Positions 18,868-28,343 of a DNA stretch of 58,684 bases are shown piece by piece (position 1 is the first letter of the stretch; each line of letters begins with the position of its first letter). Both the position numbers and the translations under genes were made by a program. Location: NCBI GenBank assembly GCA_046725875.1, contig JBKOZJ010000009.1, positions 1 to 58,684 of the forward strand. Reading direction: 5' to 3'. The stretch is from Actinomycetota bacterium. GTDB taxonomy: Bacteria > Actinomycetota > Actinomycetes > JAKEEW01. Below the pieces are notes generated by a model. It did no database searches. It was not told the origin of the DNA and was given only the letters and a program-made list of their open reading frames with translations.

Positions 18868-20889
18868 GTGGCCGGGGCATCCCTGCACGAATTGCTCGCT
18901 GCCGCCGTATCCGCAATCGGCGGGACCGAGCGGACCGGCCAGGTACGGATGGCCGACGCGGTCGCGAGGGCGCTGGAAAGCGGGCGCCACCTCTTCGTAC
19001 AGGCAGGAACCGGCACCGGGAAGTCCCTCGCCTACCTCGTGCCGGCGCTCGCCCACGGGGACCGGGTGGTCGTGGCAACGGCAACCCTTGCCTTGCAAAA
19101 CCAGCTGGTCGAGCGGGACCTGCCCCGGCTCGTCGAGGCGGTCGAGCCGCTCCTCGGTGCGAAGCCGACCTACGCCATCCTGAAGGGCCGCCGCAATTAC
19201 GCGTGTCTCCAGAGACTTCGCGACGGGATGGATGCCAGCGAGGAGCTTGCGCTCTTCGACGCCGCCAATGCCGGCGGGCCGGGCGGGAAACCCGACTCAC
19301 CAAGCCCCACCAGCCCGCTGGGGAGGGAGGTGGTCCGGCTGCGGGCTTGGGCCGAGCGGACGGCGACCGGTGACCGGGACGAGGTCAGGCCGGGGGTCAC
19401 CGACCGTGCTTGGTCCCAAGTGTCTGTGAGTGCGCGGGACTGCATCGGTGCGCACCGCTGTGCATATGGCTCGGAGTGCTTCGCCGAGCAGGCCAGGGAG
19501 CGCGCTGCTCTGGCCGACATCGTGGTCACCAACCACGCGCTTCTCGCCATCGACGCGCTCGAACCCTTCCCGATCCTTGGCGATCACGACGTCGTGGTGG
19601 TCGACGAGGCGCACGAGCTCGGCGACCGGGTCACCAGCGCTGCTACCGACGAGCTGCGCTCGTCGTCGATCGAGCGGCTGGTCCGCCGGGCGCAGCGGCA
19701 CGTGAAGGAAAGGCCGCTGGAGGTGATGCTCGCCGCCGGCGACCGGCTCGCCAGGGTGCTGGAGCAGACCGAGCCGGGCCGGCTCGACGACCTGCCGGCC
19801 GAGCTCGCCGGTGCGCTGACCGAGGTGCGCGACTGTTCGCATGCCCTGATGACCGCGCTGGGCCGGTCATCATCAGAGGCGGAGTCGGACGGCGGCTTCG
19901 CCCAGGCGTTGCGCCGGCGCGCGCGGATCGCCGCCGAAGACGTGCACGATGTCGCGGCTCGGCTGCTCGAGCACGCCGACCACGACGTGTCCTGGCTCGA
20001 GCACGACGAGGCGGCCAGGGTCGCATTGAAGGTTGCCCCGCTGTCCGTGGCCGCGCTGCTGCGCGATGCGTTGTTCGCCAAACGGACGGTCATTCTGACA
20101 TCTGCGACGCTCGTGCTCGGGGGGAGCTTCGACATCGTCGCGCGTCAGGTCGGCCTTGCCCGGTCCGAGCCCAGCCGCATGAACGAGCCGGAGCCGACGG
20201 AAGACGCGGCACCCGGGTGGGACGGTCTTGATGTCGGGTCGCCGTTCGACTATCGGCGGCAAGCAATTCTCTACGTGGCGCGCCGCCTCCCAGCACCCGG
20301 CCGGAACGGCATCGGCGCCGAAGCGGTCGAGGAGCTCATCGGCCTCGTTCGGTCCGCCGGGGGCCGGACTCTCGGACTCTTCTCGTCATACCGTGCCGCG
20401 GTGGCCGCGGCCGAAGCGATGCGCGCGCGAGTTCCGTACCCGATCTTGCTCCAAGGCGAGGACACGACCGGGCGGCTCGTGCGAGAGTTCGGCGGCGACC
20501 TGCGCAGCTGCCTGTTCGGCACGCTGTCACTGTGGCAAGGCGTGGACGTGCCGGGGCCGGCATGCCAGCTCGTGGTCATCGACCGCCTGCCGTTTCCACG
20601 GCCGGACGACCCAATCCGCTCGGCCCGGCAGCGTGCCGTGGACCAGGCCGGCGGCAACGGCTTCATGACCGTCGCCGCCGCGCACGCCGCGCTCCTCCTC
20701 GCGCAGGGCTCCGGCCGGCTGATCCGCTCGGTGGCCGACCGCGGCGTTGTCGCTGTGCTCGATTCCCGTCTGGCGACCGCGCGCTACGGCGGCTTCCTCA
20801 AGGCCAGCCTGCCGAAATTCTGGTACACCGAAGATCACGACCAGGTGTGCCGGTCCCTCCGGGCGATCGACACCGATCCACCGCCTTGA
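18868..20889 (+). CDS. dinG: DinG/YoaA-family ATP-dependent DNA helicase
   Basis: AGTGTGKS, KGRRNYAC, Fe-S cysteines (C..C...C), DEAH, TSAT, WQGVDVPG, QGSGRLIR. Confidence 0.9.
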   Translation: MAGASLHELLAAAVSAIGGTERTGQVRMADAVARALESGRHLFVQAGTGTGKSLAYLVPALAHGDRVVVATATLALQNQLVERDLPRLVEAVEPLLGAKPTYAILKGRRNYACLQRLRDGMDASEELALFDAANAGGPGGKPDSPSPTSPLGREVVRLRAWAERTATGDRDEVRPGVTDRAWSQVSVSARDCIGAHRCAYGSECFAEQARERAALADIVVTNHALLAIDALEPFPILGDHDVVVVDEAHELGDRVTSAATDELRSSSIERLVRRAQRHVKERPLEVMLAAGDRLARVLEQTEPGRLDDLPAELAGALTEVRDCSHALMTALGRSSSEAESDGGFAQALRRRARIAAEDVHDVAARLLEHADHDVSWLEHDEAARVALKVAPLSVAALLRDALFAKRTVILTSATLVLGGSFDIVARQVGLARSEPSRMNEPEPTEDAAPGWDGLDVGSPFDYRRQAILYVARRLPAPGRNGIGAEAVEELIGLVRSAGGRTLGLFSSYRAAVAAAEAMRARVPYPILLQGEDTTGRLVREFGGDLRSCLFGTLSLWQGVDVPGPACQLVVIDRLPFPRPDDPIRSARQRAVDQAGGNGFMTVAAAHAALLLAQGSGRLIRSVADRGVVAVLDSRLATARYGGFLKASLPKFWYTEDHDQVCRSLRAIDTDPPP

Positions 20890-20916
20890 TCGCGGGGTGC
20901 CGGGGAGACTGGTCCC

Positions 20917-21891
20917 GTGGCGCGATTCCCGACCCTGATCAGACCGATGCTGGCGACGCTGGGGGACCTTCCGCCGGTCACCCGCGATGACGAGTACGGA
21001 TACGAGCTGAAGTGGGACGGCGTGCGCGCGGTGACGTACATCGCTCCCGGCACGTTCCGCATGCTCTCCCGGAATGACAAGGACGTGGCGCGCAGCTATC
21101 CCGAACTTGCCGACATCGCCGGGGTCTTCGACGGCCGGCAAGCTGTGTTGGACGGTGAGATCGTCGCCTTTGACGAGTCGGGCCGGCCGAGTTTCGGCGC
21201 TCTCCAATTTCGGATGCATGTCGGCGACCCCGTGCAGGCGAGACGGCTGGCGGCGGAGCGCCCAGTGACGTACTTCCTATTCGATGTGCTCCACCTCGAC
21301 GGCAGGAACCTCGTTGGGCGCGCCTATGTAGAGCGCCGGGCGATCCTCGACGATCTCGCTCTCAGTGGGCCGCGATGGGACACGCCGCCGTACTTTGCGG
21401 GGGGCGGCACGCACGCTTTGGAACTGAGTAAAGCGCAGCGGATGGAGGGAATCCTTGCAAAGCGGCTCGACTCGATCTACGAGGCAGGTCGCCGCTCCCG
21501 CACGTGGATCAAGGTGAAGAACTTTCGCACCCAGGAGGTGGTGATCGGCGGTTGGAAGCCCGGCCAGGGACGCCGCGGCGGGGGCGTCGGGTCGTTGCTG
21601 CTCGGCATCCCCTCCGACGTGGGTTTGGTGTACGTCGGGCATGTCGGCACCGGATTTACCGACCGGATGCTCGTATCTCTCGGCGATCAGTTGCGCGAGC
21701 TCGATCGGGACACTTCACCGTTCGACACGCCAGTCCCACCCCGAGATGCGAAGGAAGCTCACTGGGTGGAGCCCAACCTGGTTGGCGAAGTGGCCTTCGG
21801 CGAGTGGACGGCCGACGGCCGGATGCGCCACCCCTCTTGGCGTGGGCTGCGCCCAGACAAATCGCCGAGCGAGGTTCGGCGCGAGTCCTAG
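20917..21891 (+). CDS. ATP-dependent DNA ligase, stand-alone LigD-type ligase domain
   Basis: ELKWDG (motif I), LDGEIV, FDVL, EGILAK, WIKVK, GHVGTGF, RHPSWRGLRPDK; no polymerase or PE domain. Confidence 0.92.
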   Translation: MARFPTLIRPMLATLGDLPPVTRDDEYGYELKWDGVRAVTYIAPGTFRMLSRNDKDVARSYPELADIAGVFDGRQAVLDGEIVAFDESGRPSFGALQFRMHVGDPVQARRLAAERPVTYFLFDVLHLDGRNLVGRAYVERRAILDDLALSGPRWDTPPYFAGGGTHALELSKAQRMEGILAKRLDSIYEAGRRSRTWIKVKNFRTQEVVIGGWKPGQGRRGGGVGSLLLGIPSDVGLVYVGHVGTGFTDRMLVSLGDQLRELDRDTSPFDTPVPPRDAKEAHWVEPNLVGEVAFGEWTADGRMRHPSWRGLRPDKSPSEVRRES

Positions 21892-21920
21892 GCCGCAGCC
21901 AGCGGACGCGGTGCCGCCGG

Positions 21921-22814
21921 TCAGACGCGCCGGAGCACTGCAACGACTCGGCCGAGGATGGTGGCTGCCTCGCCCGGGATCGGTTCGTATGCCGCGTTGT
22001 GCGGCAAGAGCCACACCCGACCGTCGCGGCGCCGGTAGGTCTTCACCGTTGCCTCGCCCTCGATCATGGCGGCGACGATGTCACCGGACTCCGCGTTCGG
22101 CTGCTGCCGGACCACGACCCAATCGCCGTCGCAGATCGCGGCGTCGACCATCGAGTCGCCGACCACCTTGAGCAGGAACAGTTGGCCGCTGCCGACGATC
22201 TGGCGAGGGAGCGGGAAGACGTCTTCGATCGCCTCCTCCGCGAGGATCGGTCCGCCTGCGGCGATCCGCCCGAGAACCGGTACGTATGAAGCGGACGGGC
22301 GGGCCTCGCTCGGTAGGTCGCCCGCCGCTTGGGACGGTGCGGACTGGCGGTCGTCGCCGACCGTTTGCAGATGTTCGCGGGAGCCTCGGCCGGCCATCCG
22401 CCGGCCGGATTTCGCAGCGGACTCGCCGCCCGTGCCGGTCTCTGTGGTTTCCGGGAAGCGGACCTCGACCGCTCGCGGCCGGTTGGGATCTCGGCGCAGG
22501 AAACCCTTACGCTCCAGCGCCGACAGCTGATGGGACACGCTCGACGTGCTCGTGAGCCCGACCGCGTCACCGATCTCGCGCATGCTGGGCGGGTAACCGC
22601 GCCGCTCGACATGATCGCGAATCACCTCGAGCACCCGCCGCTGCCGCGGGGTCAGACCGAAGTCGTCGGCCGGGCCGTCGGGGAACGGGTGCAGCTCGGC
22701 GACGAGGGATTTCGGCGGTCGCCCGGCCTTACGTGGCCCGCCCTCGTCGGTCTCTTTGGGGGTGGGGCGACCCCCATGGGACCTCCCGCTTCTGGCTGTG
22801 CTCTTGTCTGGCAC
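21921..22814 (-). CDS. lexA: SOS repressor LexA
   Basis: [10 protein letters not shown] winged helix, RIAAG cleavage site, GDSM Ser, EATVK Lys. Confidence 0.98.
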   Translation of the reverse strand: MPDKSTARSGRSHGGRPTPKETDEGGPRKAGRPPKSLVAELHPFPDGPADDFGLTPRQRRVLEVIRDHVERRGYPPSMREIGDAVGLTSTSSVSHQLSALERKGFLRRDPNRPRAVEVRFPETTETGTGGESAAKSGRRMAGRGSREHLQTVGDDRQSAPSQAAGDLPSEARPSASYVPVLGRIAAGGPILAEEAIEDVFPLPRQIVGSGQLFLLKVVGDSMVDAAICDGDWVVVRQQPNAESGDIVAAMIEGEATVKTYRRRDGRVWLLPHNAAYEPIPGEAATILGRVVAVLRRV

Positions 22815-22851
22815 GGCGGTCCCCTCTCAACTGGTGATCGACTCGCTAGGA

Positions 22852-22873
22852 AAGGTAGCCCTCGCGGCCGACA
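22852..22873 (-). promoter_or_regulatory. PafBC-type promoter of lexA
   Basis: Minus strand TGTCGG-ccgcgagggc-TACCTT. Confidence 0.75.
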
Positions 22874-22876
22874 GTT

Positions 22877-22961
22877 TCAAACAACTGTTCGAGCGTTTCT
22901 CGATTTTGTCGGAGCGAGGGTGTAAAAAGTCGCTCAGATGTTCGATCGAACGCTTGTTCGA
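22877..22961. promoter_or_regulatory. Three LexA boxes in the lexA/LysM divergent region
   Basis: TCAAAC-AACT-GTTCGA (22877-22892), TCGCTC-AGAT-GTTCGA (22930-22945), perfect TCGAAC-GCTT-GTTCGA (22946-22961); also TGTCGG-N10-TAAAAA at 22907-22928. Confidence 0.88.
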
Positions 22962-22988
22962 GATCGATTGTTCCCGTGGGAGGCAGTC

Positions 22989-23396
22989 GTGAGCGACACG
23001 ATTGGGATGCACCGCGGCCGAATCTCATCCGCGTCGGTGGGTCTGCCGGGATCGGTTCCGGTCAGATCGGCCGACCGCCACGTGTACCGTCCTCCAGGGC
23101 GGCCTCCTGTGCGACTTACGGTGCGCGGGCGGTTCCTCTTGGTGCTTGTCTTGGCGGTCGTCGCGCTCTCGGTCGTGGGGTTCGTAACAGGCCGGTTGAG
23201 CGGCGCGAACAGCGATCGGTCGCGGCCGGCCGCGCAGCGCACGCTCGTCGTCCAGCCGGGTGACACTTTGTGGTCGATCGCCAAGGAGGTGGCGCCCGGT
23301 GGGGACGTCCGCAAGACCGTGTATGAGATCAGGAAGCTCAACGGTCTGTCAGACGCAATGATCATAAGTGGTCAGGTACTCGTGTTGCCCGAGTAG
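22989..23396 (+). CDS. Membrane-anchored LysM protein (ChiZ/YneA-like SOS cell-division inhibitor)
   Basis: RLTVRGR plus TM helix plus VVQPGDTLWSIA...IRKLNGL; divergent from lexA, upstream of nrdR. Confidence 0.85.
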   Translation: MSDTIGMHRGRISSASVGLPGSVPVRSADRHVYRPPGRPPVRLTVRGRFLLVLVLAVVALSVVGFVTGRLSGANSDRSRPAAQRTLVVQPGDTLWSIAKEVAPGGDVRKTVYEIRKLNGLSDAMIISGQVLVLPE

Positions 23397-23566
23397 GCAG
23401 CCGCAGCGCGGAATTCGTTCCCCGCGATCCCACATCGACGCGGCAGGCGGAGTTGTCGCGTCGGCGGTCGCCGTCGCTGACCTGCGGTGATCGTTCAACG
23501 GGCGGGATATCGCCGGCGACACGCCGGGAAGTGGTTGCCGGGCTACCGGCCCGAGGCATATGGTGA

Positions 23567-23614
23567 CTACCAGATCTAGTGGTTACAGCAGTGTCATTCA
23601 TCCACAAATTGTGG
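23567..23614. promoter_or_regulatory. Tandem NrdR boxes
   Basis: CTACCAGATCTAGTGG (23567-23582) and CATCCACAAATTGTGG (23599-23614), 32 bp apart, upstream of nrdR-nrdJ. Confidence 0.78.
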
Positions 23615-23713
23615 TGAGTTGGCCACAGTTGACCTCCGGGCGCCTCCGCCGGAAGGACGCCCAGGGGTTCGTGGTCAACGCGATGAACATGTACGGGAGA
23701 GGAGGCGGCAGTC

Positions 23714-24205
23714 ATGAGATGCCCGTTCTGCCGCCACATCGACAGCCGAGTCGTCGACAGTCGCACGACCGACGACGGCACCGCTATCCGGCGGCGTCGG
23801 CAGTGTCCCGAGTGCGGACGGCGGTTCACGACACTGGAGACCTCGAGCCTGCTGGTGATCAAGCGGAGTGGCGCTACTGAGCCGTTCAGTCGGGAGAAGG
23901 TGCTCGCCGGCGTGCGCAAGGCGTGCCAAGGACGCCCCGTGACCGAGGACGAGCTTGCCCGGCTGGCACAGGGCGTCGAGGAGGCGATTCGGGCAACGGG
24001 AGCCGCCGAGGTGCCCGCCCACGAGGTCGGCCTGGCGATCCTCGGGCCGCTGCGTGACTTGGACGAGGTCGCGTTCCTGCGATTCGCCTCGGTCTATCGC
24101 GGTTTCGACTCCCTCGAGGATTTCGAGAAGGAGATCGCGAAGCTTCGCGCCGACCATGTTGATCGGTCGGCTTCAGGTGCCGGGCGCGAGCCGGCCGGCG
24201 GCTAA
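23714..24205 (+). CDS. nrdR: Transcriptional repressor NrdR
   Basis: [25 protein letters not shown] cone, FLRFASVY. Confidence 0.98.
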   Translation: MRCPFCRHIDSRVVDSRTTDDGTAIRRRRQCPECGRRFTTLETSSLLVIKRSGATEPFSREKVLAGVRKACQGRPVTEDELARLAQGVEEAIRATGAAEVPAHEVGLAILGPLRDLDEVAFLRFASVYRGFDSLEDFEKEIAKLRADHVDRSASGAGREPAGG

Positions 24206-24302
24206 GTCATCTGAGGGTGCGGCCCTTGGCTGGCCGTACAAAACACGGGGCCGGGGATGCCCGGTGCGGGACGCGGGCGCTGCCCGGAGGAGGAATGTTC
24301 AC

Positions 24303-27300
24303 ATGACCGAGACAGTGAGCGGTTCGAGCCAAGCCGCGGCGGGGGCTGCGCGGCGGGCGAACGGCAAAGGTCTCAAGATCGAGCGCATCTTCACCAAGCC
24401 GGGCGTGCACCCCTATGACGAGGTCACCTGGGAGCGCCGCGATGTCGTGATGACCAACTGGCGAGACGGCTCGATCAACTTCGAGCAGCGCGGGGTCGAG
24501 TTCCCGGATTTCTGGTCGGTCAACGCCGCCAACATCGTCACCACCAAGTATTTCCGCGGTGCGATCGGCACGCCGCAGCGTGAGTGGAGCCTCAAGCAGC
24601 TCATCGACCGCGTCGTGAAGACCTACCGCGCCGCTGGCGAGGAGCACGGCTACTTCGCTTCACCTGCCGATGCCGAAGTGTTCGAGCACGAGCTCACCTG
24701 GGCGCTGCTCCGCCAGGTCTTCAGCTTCAACTCGCCGGTCTGGTTCAACGTCGGCACCAAGTCCCCCCAACAGGTCAGTGCTTGCCAGCCGTATGACTCA
24801 CTCGTCAGCACGCCCGACGGGCTCGTGCCGATCGGTGTTCTCGTGGAGTCGAACGCAGTCGGGACGAAGGTCTACGACGCCCACGGGCTCACCCGAGTGG
24901 TTGCCGTTAAGGCCAACGGCGTGAAGGGTGTCCTTCGCATCCACACCAAGGCTGGATATCTCCTCGACGTAACGCCCGACCACCTGGTCTGGCGCTCGTC
25001 GGCCGCGGAGTTCGGACGATTCGTCCCCGCTTCAGAGCTTCGACCCGGCGACAAAATCAGCTGGCACCGGCGCGATGCATACGGAGACGGCGACCTCAAC
25101 AGCAGGGAGATTGCGGAAGCGTCGCTCGCAGGATGGCTCCAGTCGGACGGATTCGTGGGGCAATACTCCGGGACCAACAAATCGCTGACCATCGAAGCGA
25201 TAACGGTGACGCCCGGCGAGCATGCCTGGGTCGTCGACGCCGTCGAGCAGGTATTCCCCGACCTAAATCGGCACATGCGTCGGCAGCCGACTCAGGACGA
25301 GAGTCTCGATTGCCGCCGGCTTCGCATCTATGGAGCGGGGTTGGCCCCCTTCGTCGAGAAGTGGGGGCTTCGCGCCCCGGGCGTCGAGATGGCTGTGCCA
25401 GAAAGGCTCTTTACCGCTCCGCTCCCGGTGGTGGCCGCTTATCTTCGGGCACTGTTCCAAGCGGAGGGCTACGTGTCGCAGCGGGAACGGTCGGCCCTGA
25501 TCGGTCTCGACATGATCTCTGAGGATCTTGTTCGAGGAGCACAGATACTGCTGCTTCGATTCGGCATCTTCGCGCGGGTCAGATTTAAGGAAGATCGTCG
25601 GCCGAACCGGAAGGGCTGCTGGTCAATACGGATACAGAACGCCGGAGATCGTCGCATATTCGCGGAGGAGATTGGCTTCCTTGACCTCCGCAAGGCGATG
25701 AAGCTCGAGGCGACCTTCGAGCTTTCCGGCAAGTCGAGCGTGGAGGTCAAGCGGCTAGAGATTGCGCGCATCGAGGAGCTTGGCGAGATGGATGTCTATG
25801 ACATCCAGACGGAGAGCGGCGAGTACCTTTCGGCGAATCTCCGGGTGCACAACTGCTTCATCTTGTCGGTCGACGACACGATGGAGTCGATCCTCAACTG
25901 GTACAAGGAAGAGGGTCTGATCTTCAAGGGCGGATCAGGTGCCGGCGTCAACCTGTCCCGGATCAGGTCGAGCAAGGAACTGCTCTCCTCCGGCGGCAAC
26001 GCGTCCGGACCGGTGTCGTTCATGCGCGGTGCGGACGCAAGCGCGGGGACCATCAAGTCCGGCGGTGCGACCCGCCGGGCCGCGAAGATGGTCGTCCTCG
26101 ATGTCGACCATCCCGACGTCGAGGAGTTCATCGAGACGAAGGCGCGCGAGGAAGAGAAGATTCGAGTCCTCCGCGACGGCGGCTTTGACATGGATCTCGG
26201 TGGCGCCGACATCACCAGCGTTCAGTACCAGAACGCCAACAATTCCGTCCGCGTGTCTGACGAGTTCATGCGCGCGGTTGAGAACGACAAGGAGTTCGGA
26301 CTGCGGGCCCGCATGACGGGCGAGGTCGTCCACACGGTCAAGGCCAAGGAGCTCTTCCGCAAGATGGCCCAGGCGGCCTGGGAGTGCGCCGACCCCGGAG
26401 TCCAGTACGACGACACCATCAACGACTGGCACACGAACCCAGAAACGGGACGAATCACCGCAAGTAACCCGTGCTCCGAGTACATGTCGTTGGACAACTC
26501 GTCCTGTAATCTCGCGTCGCTTAATCTCATGAAGTTCCTAAGGGATGACGACACATTCGACACGGAGACGTTCCAGAAAGTCGTCGAGCTCGTCATCACC
26601 GCGATGGACATCTCGATCTCCTTCGCGGACTTCCCAACCGAGAAGATCGCGGAGACGACCAGGGCGTACCGGCAGCTCGGAATCGGCTATGCGAATCTGG
26701 GCGCGCTGCTGATGGCGACCGGTCACGGGTACGACTCAGCGGGCGGGCGGGCTATCGCGGCTGCGATCACGTCACTGATGACCGGCGCCGCGTACAAGCG
26801 CTCGGCTGAGCTGGCCGGCGTTGTTGGACCATACGACGGCTATGCCCGCAACGCCGACGCGCACAGGCGAGTGATGCGAAAGCACGCCGCCGCGAACGAC
26901 GCGCATCGGTCCGTCGACGAAATGGACCGCACGATCCACAAGGCCGGGACTGAGGCATGGGAGCAGTGCCTCAGGATCGGTGAGAAGAATGGGTGGCGAA
27001 ACGGACAAGCCTCACTATTGGCCCCTACGGGGACAATAGGGCTCGCAATGGGCTGTGACACGACTGGGATCGAGCCCGACTTGGCGCTGGTCAAGTTCAA
27101 GAAGCTCGTCGGCGGCGGGTCGATGCAAATCGTCAACCAGACCGTGCCACGGGCGCTGCGCAAGCTCGGCTACCCGGACGAGCAGATCGAGGCGATCGTC
27201 GAGCACATCGCCGAGCACGGGCAGGTCGTCGACGCACCTGGGCTCCGGAAGGAGCATTACGAGGTCTTCGACTGCGCCATGGGGGAACGGGCCATCGCGC

Positions 27301-28280
27301 CGATGGGCCACGTCAACATGATGGCCGCCGTCCAGCCGCAGCTTTCGGGCGCTATAAGCAAGACGGTAAATATGCCCGAATCGACCACAATTGAAGACAT
27401 CGAGGAAATGTACTACCAGGGCTGGAAGCTCGGGCTGAAGGCGCTGGCCATTTACCGCGACAACTGCAAGGTCGGCCAGCCGCTGTCTGCCTCCAAGTCG
27501 GAGAAGCAGGTCGCAGAGCAGCCGGACGAGGCCAGTGTGGAGACGATCGGCCCGCACTCCGTGAGAAGGCGGCTGCCGAAGTCCAGGCCGAGCAAGACGA
27601 CGTCGTTCACGGTGGGCGGGGCCGAGGGCTACATGACGGCCAGCTCCTACCCGGACAATGGGCTCGGCGAGGTCTTCCTGAAGATGTCCAAGCAGGGTTC
27701 CACCCTCGCAGGCATGATGGACGCCTTCTCCATCGCTGTGTCCATCGCGCTGCAGTACGGCGTGCCGCTGGAGACGTACGTCCAGAAGTTCACGAACATG
27801 CGGTTCGAGCCGGCCGGCATGACCGACGACCCGGACATCCGTATGGCCACGTCGATCATGGACTACATCTTCCGGCGGCTGGCCCTCGACCACCTGCCCT
27901 ACGACACCCGCGCGGCGATGGGGATCCATACCGTCGAGGAGCGGACTCGTGAGCTCGAGACCGGCTCGTATCTCCCTGAACCTGAGGTCGACGTAGAGGC
28001 TCTCGCGCAGTCCGCGCCGGTCGGCCCTGAGACGACTACCGCGAACCGCGAGGACGCGGGCGGTGCATCGGGTGCAGCCGAGGACATCTCATCGGAAGGC
28101 GTCGTCGCGGAGAAGGCGAAGCCCACCCCGGTCAGCGCTCATTCGTCGACGGAACTAATCGAATCGCAGCTCGGCCGGACCGCGGACGCGCCGCTGTGCT
28201 TCACCTGCGGCACGAAGATGCGCCCCGCGGGCAGCTGCTACGTCTGCGAGGGCTGCGGCTCCACCAGCGGCTGCAGCTAG
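24303..28280 (+). CDS. nrdJ: Vitamin B12-dependent (class II) ribonucleotide reductase containing an intein
   Basis: FNSPVWFN, SA|C, GGATRRAAKM, NPCSE, SCNLAS, APTGT, ISKTVN, YRDNCK, C-terminal CxxC...CxxC. Confidence 0.97.
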   Translation: MTETVSGSSQAAAGAARRANGKGLKIERIFTKPGVHPYDEVTWERRDVVMTNWRDGSINFEQRGVEFPDFWSVNAANIVTTKYFRGAIGTPQREWSLKQLIDRVVKTYRAAGEEHGYFASPADAEVFEHELTWALLRQVFSFNSPVWFNVGTKSPQQVSACQPYDSLVSTPDGLVPIGVLVESNAVGTKVYDAHGLTRVVAVKANGVKGVLRIHTKAGYLLDVTPDHLVWRSSAAEFGRFVPASELRPGDKISWHRRDAYGDGDLNSREIAEASLAGWLQSDGFVGQYSGTNKSLTIEAITVTPGEHAWVVDAVEQVFPDLNRHMRRQPTQDESLDCRRLRIYGAGLAPFVEKWGLRAPGVEMAVPERLFTAPLPVVAAYLRALFQAEGYVSQRERSALIGLDMISEDLVRGAQILLLRFGIFARVRFKEDRRPNRKGCWSIRIQNAGDRRIFAEEIGFLDLRKAMKLEATFELSGKSSVEVKRLEIARIEELGEMDVYDIQTESGEYLSANLRVHNCFILSVDDTMESILNWYKEEGLIFKGGSGAGVNLSRIRSSKELLSSGGNASGPVSFMRGADASAGTIKSGGATRRAAKMVVLDVDHPDVEEFIETKAREEEKIRVLRDGGFDMDLGGADITSVQYQNANNSVRVSDEFMRAVENDKEFGLRARMTGEVVHTVKAKELFRKMAQAAWECADPGVQYDDTINDWHTNPETGRITASNPCSEYMSLDNSSCNLASLNLMKFLRDDDTFDTETFQKVVELVITAMDISISFADFPTEKIAETTRAYRQLGIGYANLGALLMATGHGYDSAGGRAIAAAITSLMTGAAYKRSAELAGVVGPYDGYARNADAHRRVMRKHAAANDAHRSVDEMDRTIHKAGTEAWEQCLRIGEKNGWRNGQASLLAPTGTIGLAMGCDTTGIEPDLALVKFKKLVGGGSMQIVNQTVPRALRKLGYPDEQIEAIVEHIAEHGQVVDAPGLRKEHYEVFDCAMGERAIAPMGHVNMMAAVQPQLSGAISKTVNMPESTTIEDIEEMYYQGWKLGLKALAIYRDNCKVGQPLSASKSEKQVAEQPDEASVETIGPHSVRRRLPKSRPSKTTSFTVGGAEGYMTASSYPDNGLGEVFLKMSKQGSTLAGMMDAFSIAVSIALQYGVPLETYVQKFTNMRFEPAGMTDDPDIRMATSIMDYIFRRLALDHLPYDTRAAMGIHTVEERTRELETGSYLPEPEVDVEALAQSAPVGPETTTANREDAGGASGAAEDISSEGVVAEKAKPTPVSAHSSTELIESQLGRTADAPLCFTCGTKMRPAGSCYVCEGCGSTSGCS
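24783..25853 (+). mobile_element. Intein with LAGLIDADG homing endonuclease (357 aa) in nrdJ
   Basis: Begins CQPYDSLV, block B TPDH, LAGWLQSDG and YLRALFQAEG, block F VYDIQT, ends VHN followed by Cys+1; removal restores QVSA-CFILSV. Confidence 0.96.
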
Positions 28281-28290
28281 CGATCGCGAC

Positions 28291-28331
28291 CGGCCGGGGG
28301 CTGGGATCAACACCCAGCCCCGCTCCGGCCG
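28291..28331. terminator. Hairpin terminator after nrdJ
   Basis: GGGGCTGGG/CCCAGCCCC stem with an outer CGGCCGG/CCGGCCG pair. Confidence 0.65.
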
Positions 28332-28343
28332 TTCTCTCGTCGG

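Noticed and set aside
23955..24302. Apparent N-terminal extension of NrdJ or an nrdR-nrdJ fusion
   Set aside because: Different frame from nrdR; GGAGGAGG RBS precedes ATG 24303
23397..24302. Cobalamin riboswitch upstream of nrdR/nrdJ
   Set aside because: No B12-box elements recognised; NrdR boxes explain the region
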